Source of the DNA: Bdellovibrionota bacterium
GTDB taxonomy: Bacteria; Bdellovibrionota_C; UBA2361; JBGSMV01
Direction of reading: 5' to 3'
Assembly: GCA_044356455.1 (NCBI GenBank)
Contig: JBIKWF010000048.1
Span: 1-29,769, forward strand
DNA length: 29,769 bases
Under the pieces are notes generated by a model, which worked only from the letters and a program-made list of their open reading frames with translations, had not been told where the DNA came from and did not search any database. This document shows positions 7,624-16,433 of this stretch, in pieces (position 1 is the first letter of the stretch; the number at the start of each line of letters is the position of its first letter). The translations under genes and the position numbers were made by a program.

Positions 7624-9030
7624 TTAATTACACCGTTGTTCGTGTTCCGAAAGCGCAGGAGATTTCTGTACGTATGGATCGTCTCCGATAAACTCAGCTC
7701 CATAGCCTAGTGCATTGAGTTCTTCGAGATTGCAGGCCACTGCGGCGAAAAGCGTATAATAGAAATCGCAATAGATTGTTCGCTCGTAGCCAGGTCGCTT
7801 GGACTCTTCTTCGCATCCTCCGGCGCATGAATATTTGAATGCACAGGTGCTGCATCCTGGTATCGAATCGAGATTCTTGAAGAAGCGAAAGTTTTTTGGT
7901 GACTGCATCTTCTCTCTGAGGTCGCCCTGGCAGGCGTGTATGTTGCCGAGGGAGTATTCCGGCATGTCCGCAGTTACGTCACAGGGACCAAACCGGCCAT
8001 CGTGGCTTATCGTAATATTTTGAATCTTGTATTCGTTTAGGACACATTTGAGGCACGCATCTGTATAAGTTCCTCCATGAAGTGCCACAAGAACATCTGA
8101 TAGGTTTCGAAATGCTATTTTGTTTCCTCTGCGATGATGGTCTATCACGTAGTCACAAACCTTCAGGACCTCCTCTGTCATCACATTGATATCGGGGAGA
8201 AGCGCTGCTATCTGTTCCCGCCCGTGTGGCATCATCGGTAGAAAATGAAATTTGGTGAACTTTAGGTCCTCAACAAAGTGTTTAGCCGCATCGAAAAGAT
8301 GCCCCTGGTTATTCTTCGTTACGGTAAGAATGGTGTTCTCAACCGTCGTACGCTTTAGATTGGAGAGGATTTTCTCGTAGGTTCCGCCTCGTTTGTTCAC
8401 CTGAACTCTTTGGGAGTCATGAATTTGGGCACGTCCATCGAGACTCGTCCCTACGGTGACACCCAAGGCTCTCAATTCGTCCCTCAGAGCATCAGGGAAG
8501 TGGTAGAGATTGGAATGAGTGTGAAAGGAAGCCTTCGTGGAGCTTGGCATCTTTGCGCGGAACGTGTGCACAAAAAACCGAATTACTTCCATGTTAAGAG
8601 TCGGTTCTCCCCCGTGAAATAATACCTCATAGTAGTCCTGGCCTAGGAGCAGCATCTCATCGATGACCTTAGAAGCCGTCTCTGTAGTCATGCGCCTCGA
8701 TTTCGGCATCGCATTTTCATAGCAATAGGTGCAGCCCATGTTGCAGTGGTCGGCAACCTTTAAGGTCCAGGGGTTTATACTTTTAAATTCTTTCTGTCGG
8801 TGCCACTTCCTCTCAACTATTCCTTTCTCGAGTAATGGATAATGTTCAAAAAGCTCGCGGAGCTCCATCGAGCTTATTTTTTTATGAAGCGCTTCGTTGC
8901 CTGTTACCCATGCGCCCGATCGGATATTGGAAATAAAGCATCGGCCGTTGTTCCCCAGAATACTCGTTACTTTACCGAGTGTCGGATCTTGAATGGTTAC
9001 CTGTTCTTTGATAGCGAATTCCGAAAACAT
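7624..9030 (-). CDS. Radical SAM/SPASM-domain protein, probable peptide maturase
   Basis: CNMGCTYC (CxxxCxxC), FHGGEP, SLDG; SPASM cysteines CLKC...GPC...CSTCAFKYSCAGGC-x14-C; about 85-aa N-terminal extension resembling an RRE. Confidence 0.92.
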   Translation of the reverse strand: MFSEFAIKEQVTIQDPTLGKVTSILGNNGRCFISNIRSGAWVTGNEALHKKISSMELRELFEHYPLLEKGIVERKWHRQKEFKSINPWTLKVADHCNMGCTYCYENAMPKSRRMTTETASKVIDEMLLLGQDYYEVLFHGGEPTLNMEVIRFFVHTFRAKMPSSTKASFHTHSNLYHFPDALRDELRALGVTVGTSLDGRAQIHDSQRVQVNKRGGTYEKILSNLKRTTVENTILTVTKNNQGHLFDAAKHFVEDLKFTKFHFLPMMPHGREQIAALLPDINVMTEEVLKVCDYVIDHHRRGNKIAFRNLSDVLVALHGGTYTDACLKCVLNEYKIQNITISHDGRFGPCDVTADMPEYSLGNIHACQGDLREKMQSPKNFRFFKNLDSIPGCSTCAFKYSCAGGCEEESKRPGYERTIYCDFYYTLFAAVACNLEELNALGYGAEFIGDDPYVQKSPALSEHEQRCN

Positions 9031-9078
9031 AGTGGGATAAGCTCACAACAAGAAGAATGTCAAACGAAGGGCAAGAGA

Positions 9079-9104
9079 GAAGGAGTGGCTTACGCCACTC
9101 CTTC
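9079..9104 (-). terminator. Stem-loop between precursor and radical SAM genes (leaky terminator or mRNA-stabilising hairpin)
   Basis: Perfect 11-bp stem GAAGGAGTGGC / GCCACTCCTTC with a GTAA (GNRA) loop on the minus strand, 7 nt after the peptide stop, followed only by a weak pyrimidine tract (TCTCTT). Confidence 0.75.
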
Positions 9105-9111
9105 GTGAGAC

Positions 9112-9291
9112 CTACTTACGCTGCCAGGACCAGGCGCGCGCGGCTTGACCCGGTGAGGTCTCCGTGGCGACTGACTTCGGCACTGTAATTTCCACTTCCC
9201 CAGATTGAGCAACATCGGCACTTGGTCGACCCGAGGAACGTGCATCAATGGGCTTAGACAGTGAGGGAACTGAGGTTGTTTGAGTTGGCAT
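9112..9291 (-). CDS. Putative RiPP precursor peptide (59 aa) with C-terminal WSWQRK core
   Basis: Translated by hand: MPTQTTSVPSLSKPIDARSSGRPSADVAQSGEVEITVPKSVATETSPGQAARAWSWQRK*; GGAGA RBS 4 nt before the ATG; directly upstream of and co-oriented with the radical SAM gene; just under the apparent 60-aa cutoff of the track. Confidence 0.85.
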   Translation of the reverse strand: MPTQTTSVPSLSKPIDARSSGRPSADVAQSGEVEITVPKSVATETSPGQAARAWSWQRK

Positions 9292-10012
9292 ATATTCTCC
9301 ATTTAACGTTTATTCGCGCCATGACTGTAACATTCTTGCCGCGTCCTCATCGGGCGCGACACTGAAATATTCCGCAGGAATTATGAATATTCATGCACCT
9401 CGTGGCGTGAAACTTGAGAGACGTTACTTGATTGAGATGCCTTTCGTAAGCTTTAAAAGAAATTCTGAATTCTTATCTGAACTGAGATCGGCTCAAGAAA
9501 AACACTCGTGATCTCTTCAGAGAAAGAGCTTACGTTGCGATAAATGCGCACCAGTGGTTTCTCGGTTTCGTAAGGTTTGATTAGCTGGCGGTGATTTCCC
9601 CTAGGAAAGTTTGGTCGCGCCTAAGATATAGGTTTCGTCTTCGAGTCAAATCTCGCGCGTTTCGAATGCGACTAATGTAAAGCGAGAGACACGGACGGAA
9701 GAAAGCGCAATTCAAGATCTTCATGCCTATGACGCCCTCGTCTCCGCTCAGGCGATATTATCGCGGCTGTGAAGCTGGGCTCGCCGTAGTCTTATTTTGG
9801 GGGTAGGGCCTTGGTGTGAAAATCGATAAACCAACACGGCCACTGACACGAGCTGCATCTTCAATTTCCGCCTGTTGCGGCTAACGAGCCGTGTCACCTT
9901 CACCAGGGGAGGCTTGATTGCTGGAATAATTATCTTCAAGATTATGTCACTAGCACGCTGACTATCTGCATAACATCGGTACTTGGGGGGTCTCTCGTCT
10001 AGTGGAGACCTT

Positions 10013-11248
10013 ATGGTTAGTCGATATCTTGTGTCTGGTTGTTCCTTTGCGCTTTCCCTTGTCATTTCGCTGACTTTTGCATCTCCTCGTGTCGAGGCAG
10101 AGACTACCGGTATGGTGGTTCTTCCCGCCGGCCCCGGTCAGTCTAACCCACCGAATTCATCAGATCCTGCTCCTCCAGGGGGAGGCGCGTGTAACCCCGA
10201 TGGCCAGATTTGCCAATCTCACTGTGACCCTCTGATTAACTCTGATGGCTCCCAGATGGTTGATAGTTCTGGTGCGCTCGTGTGTAACCCTGCAACCTAT
10301 GTCTGTGACGTAGTTCCTGAATGTGCCGGCCTTGGCTACGGCTGCGTTTGTGTATTCTATCCCGATCCGCCCACTGGCTCCTCAAGTTCAGAGTCCAGCA
10401 TCTCAAGCTCAAGTTCTGTGTCGTCGGAATCCTCTAGTTCTTCAACAAGTCAGTCACAAAGCTCTTCCTTCTCAAGCAGTTTATCTTCTTCCTCGATGAG
10501 CTCTTCCGAGATCTCATCGAGCGCAAGCTCTGAGCAATCATCGAGCCTTTCTTCAAGCTCAGCTCAGAGTTCTTCAGTAGCGGCGAGTTCTGAGAGCAGC
10601 TCTTCAAGTGTCTCTGAATCGTCGGCGAGCAGTGAGCAATCGAACATCTCTGAGAGCTCCTCCAGTAGTTCCAGCGCGCCGAGCGCTTCATCCGACTCTA
10701 GTCAAGGCAGCGCGGGCAATTCTGAGAGCGCGGCTTCAAGCTCTGCAGTACCTAGTTGCCTCTCGCAGAGCATTGAAGAGAAACAACTGGCGCTAGGATT
10801 AGGGCCAAAAGAGCTTAAAACTTACGCCCTGCGGGCTCACAAGAAACTAATCCGCAGTGCCGCAAAAACAAACAAAACACTTGGGAAGCGGCTTGCACTC
10901 TCCGCCAAGAAATCTGAGAAGAAAATGGACAAATACATTCTTGAAGCTACGGTAGCTCTTAATGCACTCCCTAAGGTGGTGCTGATCTGCCCACTGGATG
11001 AGCCGGGCTGCACGAGCATTGATCACAGCGCACTCATTGAGCAGCATCGCCGGGCAGTAATTAAACTTCGTCAGCTCGTTATTCGGATGCTTAATCGCGC
11101 CACCCGCCTTGTTTACGGGGGCACGGTGAAGGCTAGAAAAGCTACCTCAGCTCATGGCAAAGGTGCGAGGAGAATTAGCAAGGGCTTGGTAGCTGATGCT
11201 GATGCACTGCCGAAGTATCACTCAGAGTGCCCTCAGTTTCAGATGTGA
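10013..11248 (+). CDS. Secreted protein: Cys-rich N-domain, Ser-rich linker, basic helical C-domain
   Basis: Hydrophobic N-terminal signal (…SPRVEA), 7 Cys in about 55 aa, Ser-rich tract of about 120 aa, Lys/Arg-rich C-terminus with 4 Cys; ATG at 10013 after GGAG. Confidence 0.75.
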   Translation: MVSRYLVSGCSFALSLVISLTFASPRVEAETTGMVVLPAGPGQSNPPNSSDPAPPGGGACNPDGQICQSHCDPLINSDGSQMVDSSGALVCNPATYVCDVVPECAGLGYGCVCVFYPDPPTGSSSSESSISSSSSVSSESSSSSTSQSQSSSFSSSLSSSSMSSSEISSSASSEQSSSLSSSSAQSSSVAASSESSSSSVSESSASSEQSNISESSSSSSSAPSASSDSSQGSAGNSESAASSSAVPSCLSQSIEEKQLALGLGPKELKTYALRAHKKLIRSAAKTNKTLGKRLALSAKKSEKKMDKYILEATVALNALPKVVLICPLDEPGCTSIDHSALIEQHRRAVIKLRQLVIRMLNRATRLVYGGTVKARKATSAHGKGARRISKGLVADADALPKYHSECPQFQM

Positions 11249-11283
11249 GTACTTGGGAGCCTCGATATTTTTCTCTCTGCGAT

Positions 11284-11338
11284 CTCTGTGTCCTCTGTGG
11301 TTGATTTAAATTATTGAAAAACCACAGAGGGCACAGAG
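11284..11338. terminator. Inverted repeat between convergent genes (bidirectional terminator or REP-like)
   Basis: CTCTGTGTCCTCTGTGGTT ... AACCACAGAGGGCACAGAG, 19-bp arms with one G:U position and an AT-rich loop. Confidence 0.7.
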
Positions 11339-11358
11339 CAGACTTTTTCGGAGGTTCC

Positions 11359-13557
11359 CTAGTCTAGCTTGACCCGGGGAAGCCATTCGAGCCAGCGGGG
11401 CAGGTACCAGTTCAATCTTCCAAGAAGCACCATGCTTGCGGGAAGAAGCATGGTGCGCACGATTGTCGCATCGATTATCACTGCAACGGCGAGACCAAGG
11501 CCGAGCTGTTTCATCACGGGGAGTTCCAAACAGGCGATAGTGAGAAAAACACAAGCCATAATAAGCGCGGCGCTGGTTATGGTGCGATAACACGCGAGAA
11601 TTCCAGTAAGGATTGCTTCATGCGTAGGAGCGCCTTTTTGGACTTCTTCTTGGATTCGGGAGAGGAGAAGGACGTGATAATCCATGGAAAGTCCAAAGAG
11701 AACGGCAAAGAGAAGAGCCGGGACAAAGCCTTCAATTACTCCATAGGAGAGAGGAGGGAATAGGCTGCCTTGAAACACAAAGACTAAGGTGCCAAAGGAA
11801 GTCATGGTGGACAAAAGGTTAAGCGCCATTGCTTTTGCGGGTACGACTAGGGAACGAAACGCAATCAGCAGAAAAACCATGCTAAAGATGAGAACCGCCC
11901 CAAGAACTTGTGGAGTCCGGTCAAGGTAACGCTCCATCTCATCTACCACATAGGCTACTTCCCCGCTTGCTTCAGCGCTGACCCCTAGGGGAGCAAGGTA
12001 CTCAGGTATGAGTTTCTCTCGAATCCGGTGCAGGAGGGCGCGGCTTGCTGGTTCATTAGAGGTGCCCTCGAGTCCAAAACGATATCGAGCAACAGTTCTG
12101 TCGTTTGACCAGTCTATTTCATAGGGGCCAAAGGCAATATCGCTTTCGAGAAAAGCGCTAAAGAATGGTTGCAGCTCACCTTCATCCTCAAGGACATCTA
12201 ATTTGGGTGAAGAAAGCACGAGAGAAAGCTCAGTTCCAGAAAACTTAGGAAAATGCTCCTTGATGAGTCCAAAAGCATGTGCGGATTGCATGCGCTGAGG
12301 GAGAAGGTGGCGATCCATGACACTTCCGAGTGAGATCTTCGTGGCGTAGAGCGAAATCAAGATAAGCGGAACCGCCGCCAGAAACAGCATTCTCACAGGG
12401 TACTTGGTGCTAAGCGAAATCCACTTTTCTGCGCGTGATGACTGCGGCCCCTTGCAAGACGACCGAAGGATAACTCGTGGGAATAGCAGCAAGAGGGAAG
12501 GGAGGGCCAAAAGGGTGCCTATCACGGTGATTCCTACCGCAACCACAGAGACAAGGGCCATGGACGAGAGAACCGTATCCTTCATTAAGAACAGGCCCGC
12601 TAAAGAAACGGCTACGGTGACCCCGCTCCAAAGCACAGAAAGCCCCGCGGTTTTTCGGGCAATAATAACCGACTCTTCGAAGGAATACCCACGAGCAAGA
12701 TCCTCGCGAACCCTGCTTACGAGAAAAAGGGAGTAGTCGACACCTATCGCAAGAACAAGAAGCACCACGAGCTGGTTGGCGGTTGCGCTAATGGGGCCAA
12801 AGGGATGGCTGAGGAGAGCGGCGCCTCCAAGAGATGCCGCGAGGCTAATAAGTGCCACCGCAAGAGGGATGAGCGCAGCTCTTAGAGAGCCAAATGCCCA
12901 CATCAGAACCAAAAGCGTCAGAGGCAGCGTAAAGATCAGGGAATTGTCGAGATCTCGATGGATAAGTTCAAATATTTCACTGTCGGCGCTCCCAAAGCTC
13001 AAGTAATTGAGAGAAATTCCGGGGTGGTTCTTTACTGCTTTCTCCAGCGGCTCTCGCCAGCGCGGGAATTCTGAAGCCGCCTCAAAGACGGGCACAGAGG
13101 TCCGCGCGCGAATGAGTGCGTGTTTTCCGTCGCGAGAGGTAAACAGCGCATCGCCGTCATCAACAAGGGTGCGCCCCTTGGTCATCACACTGGTAAAAAG
13201 CTTTGTGCCGTCGCCGCGCGAAATCTGGAGTAGTCTTTGGGAGAGATCTTCGGTTGCAGCAGAAAGCTGAGGTCCAGGTGTTCCCTTAGAGAGAGGTTCT
13301 GCTTGGCTACTGAGCACGAGCACTACCGTGTCCGTAGGTGGAATTCCACTCTCAACTGCGCGTCTCTCGCCCGGATTTCTTAGGAGCGCTTCGAGGGAAG
13401 AGGGGCCCGGAAGGGAGGTGTGAGATCCTCGCAGGATTCCGAATAAGCCAAGGCAAAGGGCAATACCAAGCCATGCCCCTACAATCAGACCAGGCTTCGC
13501 TAACCAGAGAGGGCGCTTGGTGGCGCCTGTTTGATATGTAGTCCCAGAAGCATTCAT
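11359..13557 (-). CDS. MMPL family (RND superfamily) transporter
   Basis: Two repeats of a soluble loop plus TM bundle; LAIGVDYSLFLVSRVRE and FGLSMDYHVLLLSRIQEE motifs; C-terminal DATIVR..LLPA...WYLPRWL. Confidence 0.92.
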   Translation of the reverse strand: MNASGTTYQTGATKRPLWLAKPGLIVGAWLGIALCLGLFGILRGSHTSLPGPSSLEALLRNPGERRAVESGIPPTDTVVLVLSSQAEPLSKGTPGPQLSAATEDLSQRLLQISRGDGTKLFTSVMTKGRTLVDDGDALFTSRDGKHALIRARTSVPVFEAASEFPRWREPLEKAVKNHPGISLNYLSFGSADSEIFELIHRDLDNSLIFTLPLTLLVLMWAFGSLRAALIPLAVALISLAASLGGAALLSHPFGPISATANQLVVLLVLAIGVDYSLFLVSRVREDLARGYSFEESVIIARKTAGLSVLWSGVTVAVSLAGLFLMKDTVLSSMALVSVVAVGITVIGTLLALPSLLLLFPRVILRSSCKGPQSSRAEKWISLSTKYPVRMLFLAAVPLILISLYATKISLGSVMDRHLLPQRMQSAHAFGLIKEHFPKFSGTELSLVLSSPKLDVLEDEGELQPFFSAFLESDIAFGPYEIDWSNDRTVARYRFGLEGTSNEPASRALLHRIREKLIPEYLAPLGVSAEASGEVAYVVDEMERYLDRTPQVLGAVLIFSMVFLLIAFRSLVVPAKAMALNLLSTMTSFGTLVFVFQGSLFPPLSYGVIEGFVPALLFAVLFGLSMDYHVLLLSRIQEEVQKGAPTHEAILTGILACYRTITSAALIMACVFLTIACLELPVMKQLGLGLAVAVIIDATIVRTMLLPASMVLLGRLNWYLPRWLEWLPRVKLD

Positions 13558-13822
13558 GCCGAGTACTTAGCCGCCACGTGCAGAACAAAAGTCTTGAAGC
13601 ATTCTTTGCGGTCCTGAAGCAGAGGATATTTAAATCGCATGCACGCTTTTCAAGTTTCACCGATTTGTCTGCGGCAAAGCTGAGACTAAAACCCGCAGCT
13701 CAGCTTTCGAAGGAGTGGTGCTGCAAACACTAGCTTAAGAATGACCTAAACGGGCATGGAAGCATATAGGGTACTTTGCGCTGATAGTCGCGGAAAGATT
13801 CTCCGTACCAGCGGGCAAATCG

Positions 13823-13840
13823 CCGCTCTTTAAAGAGCGG
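13823..13840. repeat. Perfect 18-bp palindrome related to the 16-bp tandem unit at 16785-16880
   Basis: CCGCTCTTTAAAGAGCGG. Confidence 0.6.
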
Positions 13841-14138
13841 TCCTATAAAGCAATAGAGACCCCACACCAGGCTAAAGAGCGCATGATCAGGAGTCCAGAC
13901 AGGACCCGTAAACAGTATGAGCGCAAATGCGAGGTAAATAGGCTGACGGAGAACTGTATACCCCCCCTTGGTAGCGAGCGTAACTCACTGAATCTTCCAG
14001 AAATAACGACGCTTATCGTTAGCGATTGAAAAGCATCGTGTGGGAACATCTTCTGTGATGCGCAGAACTTTCCAAAACCAAGAGACCCACTCGGCCTTGG
14101 CCTCATAACTGGTTTGGTACGCCAGTACGAGGTCTCTT

Positions 14139-14576
14139 ATGAGCACGATTCACAATTCTCAAGCTGCTGGGGAAAATTTCGGTGACAGGAATAAGATTGC
14201 TCTGAGCACTGCGGAGCTTAAGAAACTCGTGGACCAAATTTTAGCTTGGGCCGGTGGAGAAGGGAGTGATACCAAGGAGGTAGAGCTGCAAGATGGTCTG
14301 GGTCCCCAAATGGTTGCCGCTATCTCACCGAACCTCTCAAGTCTAAAACCAGAGGAGCAGGAAGTCATTCTTGCTTGGGCTAAGGTTGAAGCAATTTACC
14401 CCTTTCGCTCGCCAGATGATCACGGCCACCAAGAAGCGGTACTCCGCCTCTTGGATATCTCCGCTAATTATTCTTCATTGCAAGAGTCTATTCTAGAGAA
14501 ATTCCTGCCAATTCTTGTCTTCGCCTGTCGACCTCTTATTGGTATAAGTTCGCAAGGCGGAGGATCTTGGGAGTAA
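14139..14576 (+). CDS. Hypothetical protein
   Basis: 145-aa ATG ORF with GAGG upstream, not overlapping other likely genes; helical-looking composition. Confidence 0.55.
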   Translation: MSTIHNSQAAGENFGDRNKIALSTAELKKLVDQILAWAGGEGSDTKEVELQDGLGPQMVAAISPNLSSLKPEEQEVILAWAKVEAIYPFRSPDDHGHQEAVLRLLDISANYSSLQESILEKFLPILVFACRPLIGISSQGGGSWE

Positions 14577-14634
14577 CATTGATTGGGCTGAGGCCTCGAT
14601 AAGTGGGCGGCTAGTTCTAAGTTGAAGAATTGCC

Positions 14635-15651
14635 CTACGAGTATTGAGCGAAGGAGCAGATCTCCCCGTTTAGCATTACCCCTAAACGAAGCGCGGCAAT
14701 TTCTCGCGTAAGCACCTTATTCGAGGAAGGACTAAGCGAGATGAGGGCTCTGGCGCCGCTGTCTAACGCGCCCAGCATATTTGCCGCATTATCCTCAAGG
14801 ACAGCCACAGAACTCATGGAGGTGAAGCGCTCTTTTAGGGCCCTTTGAGCTGCTGCGATCCACAGTTCACCCATTGCCTTAGCTCTTGGGAACTCGCGGC
14901 GCGAAAATGTGTCACATCCTTGATACGACGATATATAAGGATCCGCCCCCACCTCGCAGGCAAGCGCTTGAACTATGCTGGTTGGTGTCATGGTCACTAC
15001 GTGGAGCTCAAGACCTTCCTGCGCAAGGTGTGCCAGGAAAGGAACGAAGAGAGGTTGTGGAAGAATCGGACTTTCAAAGGAGAGCGCGCCCGCAGAAAGT
15101 GCATGCCCGAGTTTATCGGTAGCTTCATGAAAGCCGGCGACAATCTCCTGAGTAAGTTCAGCCGAAGCTCCGTATGCCTGCAGAATGTTCTCAACCAGAT
15201 TAGTAGCCATCAGCACATCCCAGGGGACGCCGTGAGGAGCGATGGTACATCCAACTAAGGTAGAGGCTCGAGAGAGGTATGCCTCTTGTAAAAACTGAAC
15301 ATTTCCGACGTAGGCTGCTTCAGCTTCATCGAGAGTCAGGGCAATTCCTCTCTGGGCGGCGAATGTCGTAAAGGCAGGGACGTGAAGCAGGGCTTCTCTT
15401 GCAATCCAGCCGTGAACTTTGCCATTCACCGGGATCACGCAGCCGTCAAAATCCACAAGAAGTGTCCTGATGCCAGAGTCTTTTAGGGCCTGGGAGATTT
15501 GAGAGAACGTGCGTTCAGAGGACGAAAGTCCACGCTCGATAAGGGTGCCGAGCCATCCAGATTGAGCGGGCGCCATTCGGTCTAGCGCCCTATCTAAGAC
15601 GGCAGAATGGGAGCGACCTGAGCCAAAGTGCCTTTCAAGCTGTGTATTCAT
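14635..15651 (-). CDS. HAD-superfamily hydrolase (phosphatase-like)
   Basis: Motif I LLVDFDG, motif II VVT, motif IV VLEDNAAN; start overlaps the upstream Fic-like gene stop (ATGA). Confidence 0.75.
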   Translation of the reverse strand: MNTQLERHFGSGRSHSAVLDRALDRMAPAQSGWLGTLIERGLSSSERTFSQISQALKDSGIRTLLVDFDGCVIPVNGKVHGWIAREALLHVPAFTTFAAQRGIALTLDEAEAAYVGNVQFLQEAYLSRASTLVGCTIAPHGVPWDVLMATNLVENILQAYGASAELTQEIVAGFHEATDKLGHALSAGALSFESPILPQPLFVPFLAHLAQEGLELHVVTMTPTSIVQALACEVGADPYISSYQGCDTFSRREFPRAKAMGELWIAAAQRALKERFTSMSSVAVLEDNAANMLGALDSGARALISLSPSSNKVLTREIAALRLGVMLNGEICSFAQYS

Positions 15652-16433
15652 AAGATTCCCTTTTTCTTGCCACCCTCAGCCTGCGAGCGTGCAAAGAGAT
15701 CAGCCGCGCTGGTTTGAGGGCCAATGTCGGAGCGTTCGCCCACAAGAAAGGGGCGAATTCGAAAGGGGGAGTAGTGCGGCTCTGACAGCTGCTCAAGTCC
15801 CCAGTTCTTCCTTAGGATATTTATCATTGGTGCTAAATCATGGGTGCGCTGCACTGTTCTTAGCGCGGAATAGTAATCATCATGCGTAGGTGAATCGAAG
15901 GACCAGTGAGGCAGTGAACCAAAGACGTGCGCCAGCCAGACAGAAGCTTGAAGCCTCGTGGTTCGCTTGTTCCCATCATTCACTGGCTGAATGCATTTTG
16001 CGCGAATGTGAAAGAACGCCGCAGAAGCAAGAACGGAATCTAACGTCGCTGCTTCGCCAAGAAGCTTCGGAAGCTGCAAACGCAATAGTTCCCACTCGGT
16101 GGTGATGCGTGAGGGATCTGCCGGCATGGAGACTCCTGCCGTTACCGCTTTCGATCGTAGAACTCCAGCCTCCTTATAGAGGTTCCCAAAGAGCATCTTG
16201 TGTACTTCGAGGGTCGTTTCAAGGGATACAAGGGCATCAAAGTTAAGGCTCAAAAGGTGCTTTACCGTAGCGGGATAGGCCGATAGAAACCGCTTTTGAT
16301 ATTCATCGAGGGTTGTTACTTCGGGAAGCAAGATCCCTCGATCTTTCAAGCGCTTCCAGGCGTCTCCTTGCAAGGGCGACGAGCTTGGATTTGGGGCTCC
16401 TGAGCCGCCATTTTGAGGCTGAATATTGCCCAT
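15648..16433 (-). CDS. Fic/Doc-family protein with degenerate active-site motif
   Basis: EVHKMLFGNLYKEAGVLR and IQPVNDGNKRTTR (canonical HPFxDGNGRxxR); ATG at 16433 preferred, track start 16565. Confidence 0.75.
   Translation of the reverse strand: MGNIQPQNGGSGAPNPSSSPLQGDAWKRLKDRGILLPEVTTLDEYQKRFLSAYPATVKHLLSLNFDALVSLETTLEVHKMLFGNLYKEAGVLRSKAVTAGVSMPADPSRITTEWELLRLQLPKLLGEAATLDSVLASAAFFHIRAKCIQPVNDGNKRTTRLQASVWLAHVFGSLPHWSFDSPTHDDYYSALRTVQRTHDLAPMINILRKNWGLEQLSEPHYSPFRIRPFLVGERSDIGPQTSAADLFARSQAEGGKKKGIL

Noticed and set aside
9090..9302. 70-aa track ORF (MENICQLK...) as the precursor
   Set aside because: Different frame, no RBS of its own (its first codons overlap the GGAGA of the 59-aa ORF), and its stop lies inside the hairpin loop; the 59-aa frame has the RBS, a stop before the hairpin and a meaningful core.
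9383..9394. Palindrome ATGAATATTCAT upstream of the precursor as an operator
   Set aside because: A single AT-rich 12-mer with no cognate regulator identified; plausible but unsupported.
11359..13557. MMPL transporter as the RiPP exporter
   Set aside because: It is separated from the cluster by an unrelated convergent gene and a long intergenic region, and MMPL proteins are mainly linked to lipophilic substrates; no positive evidence.
13670..13850. c-di-GMP-I or other riboswitch upstream of the MMPL gene
   Set aside because: GCAAAG/GGCAAA words and a hairpin (13676-13707) are present, but I could not build the consensus structure, and these words are on the strand opposite the MMPL gene; an Rfam scan would settle it.
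13843..14106. 87-aa minus-strand ORF
   Set aside because: No RBS or motif and atypical composition; probably spurious.
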